Shown here one piece after another: positions 51,436 through 62,000 of a stretch of DNA of 64,000 nucleotides; position 1 is the first letter of the stretch, and every line of letters begins with the position of its first letter. The position numbers and the translations under genes are program-made. The DNA is from Macrostomum hystrix (lineage: Eukaryota > Animalia > Platyhelminthes). The stretch covers positions 3,844,001 through 3,908,000 of the forward strand of contig CATNEN010000033.1 in the NCBI GenBank assembly GCA_950097015.1, in the 5' to 3' direction. Under the pieces are notes generated by a model. That model made no database searches. It was not told the origin of the DNA and was given only the letters and a program-made list of their open reading frames with translations.

Positions 51436-52015
51436 CAGTAGGACTACCAAGCCATTTTGCCGCCCGTTTTTATACCAAGGGGGGGTATTTCTCCCCCCTG
51501 AGAACATTTTTGGCAGCGCCTGAAAGCCTGGTGACTGATTGGTTGACAGACTAGGCGATGGTGTACCGTAGTTGAGCTGCGCCTAATATTTAGGCTTCAG
51601 CAGTGAAATTTTAGAAATTCGCGTCAGGGTGTCCAGAGTGGCCTATTTCCACAGTTTTTGCATTTGAAGGTCCCGCAGTCCGTCTAGATAAAGGTCGGTG
51701 ACCACCGAAGACGGAGATGATGCAGGCACATTCGGGTGACATGCTGATAAAGTTTGAAGGTCTGGAAAGGCCGCACTGAGGCGCAGTGCAAATTCGTGTA
51801 TAGGGGTGTATGAAATACACTAGCTCTTATGGGAAAAATCGGACCTTCGGCCAGAAACATTGAAAATCTCTGAAACAAGAGCTGGCGACTTGTTTCTTGT
51901 TTCAGAAGATGCGCAACAAAAAGTTGGCCCGTGTTCTTGAGTTTCGTGTGCTTGCATTGTTCCGTTCGGGTGCAGCAAAAAATGGTCAGAAATTCCCCCC
52001 TTGGTAGTTCTACTG
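51436..52015. mobile_element. TTAA-flanked non-autonomous DNA element (MITE)
   Basis: TIR CAGTAGGACTACCAAG / CTTGGTAGTTCTACTG (16 bp, 1 mismatch); TTAA at 51432-51435 and 52016-52019; related inverted copy at 59717-60182. Superfamily not assigned. Confidence 0.8.
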
Positions 52016-52948
52016 TTAATAATCTTTTATCGCGACTTTCATGTCTTTTCTCTCGTTCCTCTGCACTCGCGATTCCTCATTGTCAGTTCTCACCTCGCTA
52101 GATAATTCAGTCAGATTCTCTACATCTACCTTCGATCTCTTCCGCCGCCTTCTGGTTGGTCCGCTTCTCATCCTCAAGCCTTCTCGTACCCCATGCGCGC
52201 ATCCTAACCCCTTATCGTGCGGGGGTTCTGTTTGAAGTTCTGTTTATTTCTTTTGAATTTCAAGTTTGCGCGTGCGCGTCACTTGGGGACAATTTTGGCC
52301 ATAGACAGTCTGAATTGAATTTCTTCTGTTTCAATAGAAAGCGACTTCGTTTGAACTGAATTTCCGCAAGCGCTGATATTTCTTAAAGTGTTTTGAATTG
52401 AAGTTCTGTTTGTTTCTTTTGAACAAGACTTTGTTCAAAATAGGAGGTAAGATGGTGTAATAAAAATAGGTTGTCAAGGCCACAGGGCACTTGAAGTAAG
52501 ATGTGCTCAATATCAATAGTTTAGGCAGCATTAAAATGTCCCAAAGTTGCTTGTAAAGTCTTTCAAAATTTTCTCCATGTTGTATTCTTGAAGTAACAAA
52601 TACAGAGATTCCAATTGTAGTGTCGGTAAATGTAAGTATAGCGCCGAAAGGAGCACTCGGCAGTCGACTGGATAAGCGTATATTTGTAACAGCAGTATTA
52701 TTAAATACTGGAAAGGTTCTTGAGTGTGTGCACCGCGCGGGGGTTTCTATTTATAGCCTGGGGAGCGAGTGGGAGAACTTTCTAGAAAGTTCTCATAGAT
52801 AGCCCGCGGGGGAGGCGCAGAGAAGATTCTGGAAACAACAGAGTGTTATAACAAGTGGTAGAAAGTTCTAGAAAACTATTTACGGAATTATCGTAACGAA
52901 ACCCACAACACCTCCCCACCAAAACTGTGAGTACAGCTGATAGAAAGT

Positions 52949-55900
52949 CTATAAGTCCATTTGTAGCCGTGGCTTTCGCTGCCTAGCCGACCGTCGTGGA
53001 TTATCTGGTCCGTAGGGCGGCGGGTGTTGGACTTGGTCCGGCGCTCGCCATCCTGGAGGCCTGGGTCGAGATCCTGGATGTGCCACCGCTGGTGTGGCCG
53101 GCAGCATCAGGTGGCCGGCCGTTTCGTTTTGTTGAGTCGGCAGTGATCCTGGCTCGCTGTCTTCCGCGGACACGTGTCGCGGTTGAAGCTGGTCGAAGTG
53201 CCGTCGCCACACCGGGCCGCTTGGGACAACCTTGACGTTGACGCTGCGGCTGCCGTGCCGCTTGGTGACCACTGCCGGAACCCAGCGGCCTTCCTTCTCG
53301 CGGCGTGGTCCGTAGTAGCGAGCGTAGACCGGATCTCCGACGTTGTAGCCTTCTCGGACGCGAGACACCTTTTTCCGAGCTCTGGACTCTTCGGCCTGCT
53401 TGACTTGGCGATCCTGGGCGAGATGGGCTGGAGATGGCAGCAGAGTATCAATCTGCGTCCTGATCTGCCGGCCATTTAGGAGTTCGCTCGGAGAGTAGCC
53501 GTTGACCGCAGGAGTCCGTCGGTACTGCATCAGGAACTGCTGTAGCGCCCTGGCAGGTGGCAGGCTGGATTTCTTCAGGGCCTTCTTGAAGGTCTGAACC
53601 AGTCGTTCGGCCGCTCCGTTTGTTGCAGGATGATACGGAGCTCCTGTGAGGTGCGCGATGCCGTGTTCGCGACACCAAGCTTGAAACTCCTCAGCCATGA
53701 ATGCCGCTGCATTGTCTGTGACGATGGCGTGAGGGTAGCCGAAGTGGGCGAAGTCTTCTTCCAGAAGCTCGATCGTTGCCCGCGTTGACATGGATTGCGT
53801 CGGGTGTATGCACGGGTACTTCGAGTAGGCGTCCGTGAGCACTAGCCAGTTGTTGCCGAGGAAGTTGACTGCGTGATCCAGATGTAGGCGACTCCAAGGC
53901 TTCTCAGGCATCATCCACGGATGGACGGCGGCCTTTGGCGGATGATTTTGGTGCTCAGCACAGCTGTGGCAGCCGTGGCACAGGTGCTCGACGTCGTCGT
54001 CGATGTTCGGCCAGTAGACTGCCGATCGAGCCAGCTGCTTCATCCTCTGTATTCCAAAGTGTCCGAGGTGGAGGATATTCAGCACCTCATTCCGGAGGTT
54101 CCGAGGAATCACAAGACGACAGCCATGCAGAAGACACCCGTTGCCGCAGGAGAGCGAATCTTTGACCTTCCGTAAGCGGGCCACCTCGGCGTCTTCGTCT
54201 CGCCTGTCTGGTGGCCATCCTTCTCGACAGTAGCGCATGACGGTGGAGATCACCGGGTCCCTCGATGATTCTTTGGCCACGGCTGAGGCGTCAGCCGGCT
54301 GGATTTGCAAGCTTAGGACCTTGATCGCGCAGACCGTGTCGAAGTCGGCTGCGCTCTCCTCCCCGTCGAAATCTGGGTCGTCTCCCATTGGCAGGCGACT
54401 CAGGGCATCCGCGTTTCCGTGACTCTTGGTCTGGCGGTACTCGACTTCGTAGGTGAAGTTGTGGAGCAGGTTAGCCCACCGTGCCAGCCGGTTTGCCGCC
54501 ATCACTGGTGTCTCCTTCTCGGGCCCGAATAGAGAAATCAACGGCTTATGGTCCGTGACCAGGATGAACTTGCGGTTGAACAAGTATTGGAAAAACTTCT
54601 TTAGGCCGAAGATGATTGAAAGGGCTTCCTTCTGAATCTGAGGATAGCGGCGCTGAGCATCCGTCAGAGACTTTGAAGCGTTGGCGATCGGCCGCTCGCT
54701 ACCATCCGGGTAGCGGTGGAACAGGACGGCGCCGATCCCGACGTTGGATGCGTCGCAGGAGAGCCCGAGAGGGAGGTCGGCATTGTAGTGGACCAGCACG
54801 TTGTCCGACGAGAGCTCCTCCTTGATCTGGTCGAAGGCCCGCTGCTCTGCGTCTTTCCAGGTCCACGGTGTGTCCCTCCTGGTGAGCCGGTACAGCGGCT
54901 CGGAGATCGTGGCCATGCTTGGCGGCAGAAACTTCGCGTAGAACTGGACCGAGCCGAGGAATGACCGGAGGCTGGACACGTCCTTTGGTGGAGGCATTTC
55001 GCGGACAGCGTCCACCTTGGTTCCCTTGGCGATGCCTTCTTTCGACAGTACATAGCCAAGGTACTCGATGCTGGGCATGGCGAATTTGCACTTCTCCCGT
55101 CGGCAGCGAAGTCCCTTGTCAGAAAGGCGTTGGAAAAGCCGGCGTAGGTTTGCGAGATGCTCATCAGCGGTCGCGCCGCCGACCAGGTAGTCGTCCAAGT
55201 AGAAAACGACTCCGGGCAGATCACCGGCTACCATTTCCATGATGAACTGGAACTCACCCACTGCAGACTTCGGGCCGAAAGCGAGCCGCTTCTGAAGAAG
55301 CACACCCCGGTGGGTGCTCAGTGCCAGGCGCCTCTGACTCATCGGTCCCAACTCGATCTGGTTGTAGGCGTCGGCCAGATCTACCTTTGAGAAGCAGTAG
55401 CTGCCTCCCAGCTTCTGTAGCAGTTCCTCTGGGAGGGGCAGCGGGTGACGGTTGTCTTCCAGCTGCGGGTTGATAGTGCACGAGTAGTCTCCGCAGACTC
55501 GCAGTTTCGGCTGCTCTGAGCCGGTCGAGGGCTTTCGCACGGGGACCACGGGCGTCCCGTAGTCATTGAAGTCAGTAGGCTCCCAGATGCCTCTCCTGAT
55601 GCCCTCGTCGTAGGCGCGCTCGAGCTCCTCGCGGATGGCGAAGGGGACAGGCCTAGCCTTCCGGAACACCGGCTTTGCATCCGGGTTAAACTGCAACTCG
55701 AGCTTGAAGTCCTTGAGGCAACCCAGCTCGTCCTTCCACAGGTCCGGGAATTCGTCGCAAAGATTTCGGCAGGCCTTTTGAAGAGCCTCGTCCGGCGGCA
55801 GGTGGTCAAACACTGCGTTGACTTCTTGAATGGCGCTGGCAGCGCCGAGCAGTTTGTCGACGGAGATTCCCAACAGCTTCGTGGCGGTCCGGCCGAGTAG

Positions 55901-57211
55901 ATTCAAGCCGGGCACCTGTGTGACGATGTACTGGATGTCGTGCTCAGGAGCTGAGCCAGGCAATGTCGTTTTCCCGACGAAGGTACCTAGTACAGGTAAG
56001 TCGTGTCGGCTGGCGGACTCGTAGCGTGACTTCGCTACTTCGAGCGGCGGCGTCCCCAGCTTCTTCCAGAATGACTCTGTGATGAAGTTGCCGTTTGTCG
56101 CAGTGTCGACCTCGATGGCGAGAGCCTTGCCTTGGATGTGGATCGACACTTCCAGCTTAGGCAGGTCGTCCTCGGTTTGGGCTACAGCACGTACAAGCAC
56201 ATGCTCCTCGACCTGTTTCACTGGCTTCTTGAAGTTCGCCGCAGGGGCAGATCCTTTGGCGTTGGAACGGCAGACAGGTTCTAGGTGACCCACCTTTTTG
56301 CAGTGCCGGCAGGTCGCGTCTTTGAATCGGCAATCGTTTGCCCGATGGTTCTTCGCTCCGCAGCGGTAGCACGAACCAGACGCAGAGTCAGTAGTAGACC
56401 TGGAAGCAGTAGAATCTGTCGTAAATTTCGCCGAAGTGGCTCCGGGTCGCCGAACCTTCTGCTTAACCTTGTTAACGGGGCTGGATTTGTCGCCGTAAAC
56501 CGTCTCCTTGGCGACTCGGGCGGCTTCCTCTGTCTCGATGGCGATCTCGACAGCCCGGGCGAACGTGAGCTCTTCCACCTTTAATTTGAACAAAGCTTTG
56601 AGTACTGCTTCGTTCCTCACTGAGCAGATGAAACGCGTGCGCAGCGCCTCGTCCAGTGGATCTTTGATGGAAGAGAAATCGCAGGTGGTTGCATCCTGGC
56701 GGATTCTCGCAGCCAGTTCCTGGATCGTCTCACCCGGTTTCCGCCGCATGTCGCTCCAGAACCGGAAACGCTCCCGCACGATGAAGCGCTTGGTGTCATA
56801 CTGTTCTTCCATGAACTTCTCAATCTCGTCCATAGTGAGCTTGTTGATCTCCTTCCGCGGCGTCTGCTGCGCTGCCCAGTTTGAGAGAAGCTTGTAGACA
56901 GACGGAGACTGGTTCGTCAGGAACACCTGAGCCTTCTTGTCGTCGGGTATGGAGTTCGCGCCCGTGAAGGTGCAGAATCTGGCCAAGTAGTCGGGCCAGA
57001 GCTCGGACGTGGCGTCGAATGGCGAGAAACTCGGAGTCGACGTCGTCACATGCGTCGGCAAAGCTGCAGCCTGGGACTGGTCCGCTGCAGGCTTTAGAGA
57101 CCGAATGAGGTCGAGCATCATCTGCCGGTCAGCGTTCCGCTGTTGGCGCTCTTCTTCCATCTGCTGCCGTAGGAGGCTGATTATATCCTCGTCTTGCATC
57201 GTTTCGGGCAT
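52949..57211 (-). CDS. Gag-Pol polyprotein, 1420 aa, single uninterrupted ORF
   Basis: Two CX2CX4HX4C knuckles; protease EVDTA; RT YLDD; RNase H CDAS...TDHKPL; integrase HLGH..CHSC, LHLDH..TDN..NGAAER. Domain order PR-RT-RH-IN is that of Gypsy. Confidence 0.98.
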   Translation of the reverse strand: MPETMQDEDIISLLRQQMEEERQQRNADRQMMLDLIRSLKPAADQSQAAALPTHVTTSTPSFSPFDATSELWPDYLARFCTFTGANSIPDDKKAQVFLTNQSPSVYKLLSNWAAQQTPRKEINKLTMDEIEKFMEEQYDTKRFIVRERFRFWSDMRRKPGETIQELAARIRQDATTCDFSSIKDPLDEALRTRFICSVRNEAVLKALFKLKVEELTFARAVEIAIETEEAARVAKETVYGDKSSPVNKVKQKVRRPGATSAKFTTDSTASRSTTDSASGSCYRCGAKNHRANDCRFKDATCRHCKKVGHLEPVCRSNAKGSAPAANFKKPVKQVEEHVLVRAVAQTEDDLPKLEVSIHIQGKALAIEVDTATNGNFITESFWKKLGTPPLEVAKSRYESASRHDLPVLGTFVGKTTLPGSAPEHDIQYIVTQVPGLNLLGRTATKLLGISVDKLLGAASAIQEVNAVFDHLPPDEALQKACRNLCDEFPDLWKDELGCLKDFKLELQFNPDAKPVFRKARPVPFAIREELERAYDEGIRRGIWEPTDFNDYGTPVVPVRKPSTGSEQPKLRVCGDYSCTINPQLEDNRHPLPLPEELLQKLGGSYCFSKVDLADAYNQIELGPMSQRRLALSTHRGVLLQKRLAFGPKSAVGEFQFIMEMVAGDLPGVVFYLDDYLVGGATADEHLANLRRLFQRLSDKGLRCRREKCKFAMPSIEYLGYVLSKEGIAKGTKVDAVREMPPPKDVSSLRSFLGSVQFYAKFLPPSMATISEPLYRLTRRDTPWTWKDAEQRAFDQIKEELSSDNVLVHYNADLPLGLSCDASNVGIGAVLFHRYPDGSERPIANASKSLTDAQRRYPQIQKEALSIIFGLKKFFQYLFNRKFILVTDHKPLISLFGPEKETPVMAANRLARWANLLHNFTYEVEYRQTKSHGNADALSRLPMGDDPDFDGEESAADFDTVCAIKVLSLQIQPADASAVAKESSRDPVISTVMRYCREGWPPDRRDEDAEVARLRKVKDSLSCGNGCLLHGCRLVIPRNLRNEVLNILHLGHFGIQRMKQLARSAVYWPNIDDDVEHLCHGCHSCAEHQNHPPKAAVHPWMMPEKPWSRLHLDHAVNFLGNNWLVLTDAYSKYPCIHPTQSMSTRATIELLEEDFAHFGYPHAIVTDNAAAFMAEEFQAWCREHGIAHLTGAPYHPATNGAAERLVQTFKKALKKSSLPPARALQQFLMQYRRTPAVNGYSPSELLNGRQIRTQIDTLLPSPAHLAQDRQVKQAEESRARKKVSRVREGYNVGDPVYARYYGPRREKEGRWVPAVVTKRHGSRSVNVKVVPSGPVWRRHFDQLQPRHVSAEDSEPGSLPTQQNETAGHLMLPATPAVAHPGSRPRPPGWRAPDQVQHPPPYGPDNPRRSARQRKPRLQMDL

Positions 57212-57480
57212 GATTGTAGTAGCTTGATCCTTCGGTCAATAGTGACAGTCGTTGTAGATTAGACGTCCTCGAAGTTGATCAAGATCCTGCTTGCGACGCC
57301 AGAAAATTCCTGTTGTATTCTTGAAGTAACAAATACAGAGATTCCAATTGTAGTGTCGGTAAATGTAAGTATAGCGCCGAAAGGAGCACTCGGCAGTCGA
57401 CTGGATAAGCGTATATTTGTAACAGCAGTATTATTAAATACTGGAAAGGTTCTTGAGTGTGTGCACCGCGCGGGGGTTTC

Positions 57481-57607
57481 TATTTATAGCCTGGGGAGCG
57501 AGTGGGAGAACTTTCTAGAAAGTTCTCATAGATAGCCCGCGGGGGAGGCGCAGAGAAGATTCTGGAAACAACAGAGTGTTATAACAAGTGGTAGAAAGTT
57601 CTAGAAA
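57481..57607 (-). promoter_or_regulatory. 5' LTR promoter: TATAAATA (57488-57481) with HSEs at 57507-57526, 57554-57568 and 57593-57607 (duplicated at 52748-52874 in the 3' LTR)
   Basis: aGAAc tTTCt aGAAa gTTCt; aGAAg aTTCt gGAAa; aGAAa gTTCt aGAAa - all perfect alternating pentamers. Confidence 0.88.
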
Positions 57608-57716
57608 ACTATTTACGGAATTATCGTAACGAAACCCACAACACTCCACAAATAAGCTTGGCGTGCCAATAATAAGCATAACTACCTTGATGTAAGAAAG
57701 CGTAGGTAAATTCTGT

Positions 57717-58396
57717 GGAAGTGCTTATTCCCACGGTCCCGTGCCGATAATTTCAATTTTATCCACACGGATATGTGCCGATAATTTTCTGCTTATCTAC
57801 ACGGCAGCTTGTATGAATAGGTCTACTTTCAAGTCCCTACCTATTCTTCTCTGAGCATAAGGCTTATGCTTCCGAGTATAGTGTATAGTGTACACTATCA
57901 ATGCATAGTGTAAAAGAATAGCAATGATTTATAATGTGTGTGACGAGTTTGGTGCTGACTAGAATTCTACTGGTTGACTCGTATGATTTTCTTAGATAGA
58001 CTTCTTACTTTTTTAAGTCAATACTTTTCGAATGAAAACACGTAACGATGACAAAAGATTTAGTAAGTTGTTATTACAATAATTAAAAAGGATGACACTA
58101 ATGTCGGTTAATGAATGTGTATGTCGAATGTAGAACACTGTCGTAACACACTGTCAACTTTGTCAATCTATTGGCTTGAGGGTTCAACAAAACGTTCAAA
58201 CCCGAAAGGGCCTTGTTTTAAAGAACAGAACCTTGTGGATAAAATTGAAATTAACGGCACGGCATATTTATGTAAAGAGTTTTAGACTTAGCCTATTCAT
58301 ACAAGCTGCCGTGTGGATAAGCAGAAAATTATCGGCACGGATCCGTGTGGATAAAATTGAAATTATCGGCACGGGACCGTGGGAATAAGCTCTGCC
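57717..58396. mobile_element. Mutator-type MITE, 680 bp
   Basis: About 105-bp TIRs (57717-57821 and 58292-58396) with GG...CC termini; 9-bp TSD AAATTCTGT (57708-57716 and 58397-58405). Confidence 0.9.
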
Positions 58397-59043
58397 AAAT
58401 TCTGTTGCCGTTATAATTTACCTTCAGGATTTTCACAGCTGTCGAGTGTGATATTTTAGTGCCCGTACATTTTTCGCTCTCAGAATGTCTCCGTCTTTTC
58501 TCGGCGCGCGTCCGTCAGGGGTGAAGTTCACTTTTTGCTCTCTATTCAACTTGGCTTGTTTTCAGCTTGGGGCCTGTACGGCCCCTCGTGCGGCGGACTG
58601 GCAATGTACATTGAGGGCATCGTGTCTTATCTTTTTCTCCCCCAGACCTCAGGTATCTTAAAATAGAATTCAGTGTAACCGTTTCTTAGGCTCTGTCGCG
58701 GTTGAAGGCAGTCAATCTACTATATAACATCTCACAAGGATGGGGTTATGCGGGGTGTGGGGTGGGTGGCTCCACGCACCGATTACCTACCGGTGCGAGC
58801 AGAATTTAGCCCACGCGGAAGGCTATAAATACACACAGCTGGTATTTTTTTCTCATGGGGACATCCGCATGCGCTGTCCCTTTCCTGTTTGCTCTCAGCG
58901 CCCGGCCGAAGCCCCACCTCGCGTCGACCTACATATATAAGCGCTTTCTAGTTGTAGGTGTTCATGTTTGCAATCGTGTACACAGTACAGAATTAGATTT
59001 TATTTGTGTGTAACTATCTACTGCAAATTACCTGACCAAATTC

Positions 59044-62000
59044 ATGCTTTGCGTGATCCCTCAGCAGCAGCAGCGGCAGCAACAGAGACCCATCAGCATT
59101 GACAAGCCTTCAATGTTGAATCTAGCGCCTGTCGTGGCGGCTGCGGCAGCTCAGGAGCGTGTCCACAGTCTAACTGCGGCCCAGTTTCAAATTCTCTACA
59201 CGAACCTGGCCTTGCCTCCGGGCGATCCTCTCATTCGTCGGGTGATGCCATCCTTCTTGCAGCTGGACGAGATTCTACAGCTGGAGGCCAAGGCTGGCAA
59301 CAATTTGATCAGTCTGGCTCGCGACGGCCTGCAGAGAATGGGCCAGAGATACGGCACAACCCTGGCTCAGTTGGTTCGCGTGCTGCGCCAGATGCCGGAC
59401 TCAGCCCAGCTGCTTAACAACCTGGGCTTCGCTGCTGATGCCACTGCGGCTGCCGCAGCTGGCGTTCTGCCAGTGCAAGCACCCATTCAGCAGCCGCAGC
59501 CAATGTCAAACAGAGTGTTTCAAAGCCTGACTCCCCCGAGCCGAAATCTTCAGGTTAGCGAAGGCGACACTGCGCTGTTCAAGGTCACCCTTCGGGAGCC
59601 GTTTGCCATCAACGCCAGCGTTAGCTGGCACCGAGACAACAACAATGCCGTGCTGTGCAGGGGAACCGAGTTCAGTATAAAGAATGTGGGAAGAAACGAC
59701 CAGGTGAGTTCATTAACATGAGAACTACCAAGGGGGAATTCCCCCATTCCTGACAATTATTTGTGCTGCACCCGAACGAAGCAAAACAAGCACACGAAAT
59801 TCAAGATCACGGGCCAACTTTTTGTTGCGCATCTTCTGAAACAAAAATCAAGTCACCAGACCTTCAGACCGTCGAGATATTCAAGGGTTCTGACCGAAGG
59901 TATGATTTTTCTCATAAGAGCTAGTGAATTTCATACCCCTATACACGAACTCGCACTGCGCCTTAGTGCGGCCTTGTCAGGCCTTCAAACTTTATCAACA
60001 TGTCACCCGAATGTGCCATCTCAGACTTCGGTAGTCACCGACCTTTATCTAGACGAAACTGTTGAGGTCATTATTGTTTCAGAAGATGCGCAACAAAAAG
60101 TTGGCCCGTGATCTTGAATTTCGTGTGCTTTTTTTGCTCCGTTCGGGTGCAGCAAAAGTGTCAGTGGGGGGAAGTCCTACTGTTCAACAAGTGCCGTACT
60201 TATAATGCGATATGTATCGAAAAGAGCAAATTTCGCTCCGCCAGGGCCTGTACCGGTGCGCCGTGCGGCTAGCCGACCAGCCGCCCAGCAGACCGTGCCC
60301 CACAGTCATGTTCAGTTTGAAGGTGCGCGCCTCCCATTCATCCCAGCAGCAGTCGGTGGAGCCCAAGTGCCCGCTGCCAAACGATATGCGTCGAACGCAC
60401 AAGTACGCGCTCATTGTGAGCTGTCAGGCCTATCAGCACATGCAGAAGCTCGGCGTTACGGGCCTCAATAAAGATCTGGACGAGCTCGAGGACCATTTAG
60501 ACAAACTGGGCTATCGGAACCTGCGCCTGTTGGACCCGACGGCCGTCCAGCTGCGCGACGCGATTTACAGGCTGTGCTGCGCCATGTCGCTCTGCCGCAG
60601 CACGGCTCCGCATCTCTTCCTGCTGCTCGACGGTCATGGAGTTGTTGTCAATGTGAGTTCATCCGCTCAGTCTTGCACTTTAAGCCTTGTACCCTGCCCT
60701 CTTCTGTCCAATGCTATTATGGACTCCGTCTGACCGATATGTATCGAAATATTTATTCAGGATTCTTTCTGCCCGATATGTATCGTAACATTCAATTAGG
60801 ATTTCATTCTAACGAAATGAAGCGAAATATTTATTTTGGATTCCGTCTGACTGATCTGTACCGTAAAATTAATCTTGGATTCCGTCAAGCCGATATGTAT
60901 CGAAAAAGTTAATCGGTACCATTAATGTGAAACGAAAATTTTATCCCGTTCTGTCTGACCAATATGCATGTATTAAATATCCCTGAAACCAACAGACTAA
61001 TAACTTCGGCGGTGCCACCACCAGCGCCTGCTTCCTGCCTGTCGACGCCAGGCTGGATCGCACGAGCACATTCCTCCGCGTCGAGGAGGACATCATTCAG
61101 CCTCTGGCCCGCTGCCTGCCGTGTCATCAGGAGACTCCGGGTCGGCCCGGCTTTGCGGCCGACAGCGATAGCGGCCTGCTGGTGGCGGTGTTGGACATGT
61201 GCCGCAGCGCCGTCTCCGACAATGTCCGCCTGGGCGGTGATCTCAGCCTGAGCGTGCGCGGCCGCCACATCCACCGACTGCACGTAACCAGCTACGGCCA
61301 GGTGGCAGCGGCTCTGCTGGGTGGGGAAAAGTCCTGCCGACAGTCGTTCGGCATCTCGGCGTTGAATGCCCAGCTGCGCGCCTGCCTGTGCGACGAGAAG
61401 CAGCTGCAGATCGATGAATTCCTCAGGGCGGTTTCTCAGACAATAAAGAGCTCTTCCGAGCGGCACTTTGAGCAGGCGCCTGAGCTGCAGGTTAGCGGGG
61501 CCGAGGGCCAAGAAAATGGGAAACAAACTTCTGCTCATAGAGTAGCAACAAAGTAGCAACAGGCTGCACATAGAGTAGCAACAAAGTAGCAACAGGCTGC
61601 TCATAGAGTAGCAACAAAGTAGCAGCAGGCTGCTCATAGAGTAGCAACAAAGTAGCAACAGGCTGCTCATAGAGTAGCAACAAAGTAGCAACAGGCTGCA
61701 CATAGAGTAGCAACAAAGTAGCAACAGGCTGCTCATAGAGTAGCAACAAAGTAGCAACAGGCTGCTCATAGAGTAGCAGCAGACTGCTCATAGAGTAGCA
61801 GCAGACTGCTCATAGAGTAGCAACAAAGTAGCAACAGGCTGCTCATAGAGTAGCAGCAGACTGCTCATAGAGTAGCAACAGACTGCTCATAGAGTAGCAA
61901 CAAAGTAGCAACAGACTGCTCATAGAGTAGCAACAAAGTAGCAACAGGCTGCTCATAGAGTAGCAGCAGACTGCTCATAGAGTAGCAGCAGACTGCTCAT

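Larger units (their letters stand above)
52578..57643 (-). mobile_element. Intact Ty3/Gypsy LTR retrotransposon (Mag-like), 5066 bp
   Basis: 333-bp LTRs (52578-52910 and 57311-57643), identical by eye, with TG...CA ends; TSD CTCCA (52573-52577 and 57644-57648); PBS TGGCGTCGCAAGCAGGAT (57301-57284); PPT GGTGGGGAGG (52920-52911). Confidence 0.97.

Noticed and set aside
53000-57227. Numerous short overlapping ORFs within the Gypsy, LINE and hsp70 coding regions
   Set aside because: Shadow frames of GC-rich coding sequence with no recognisable motifs.
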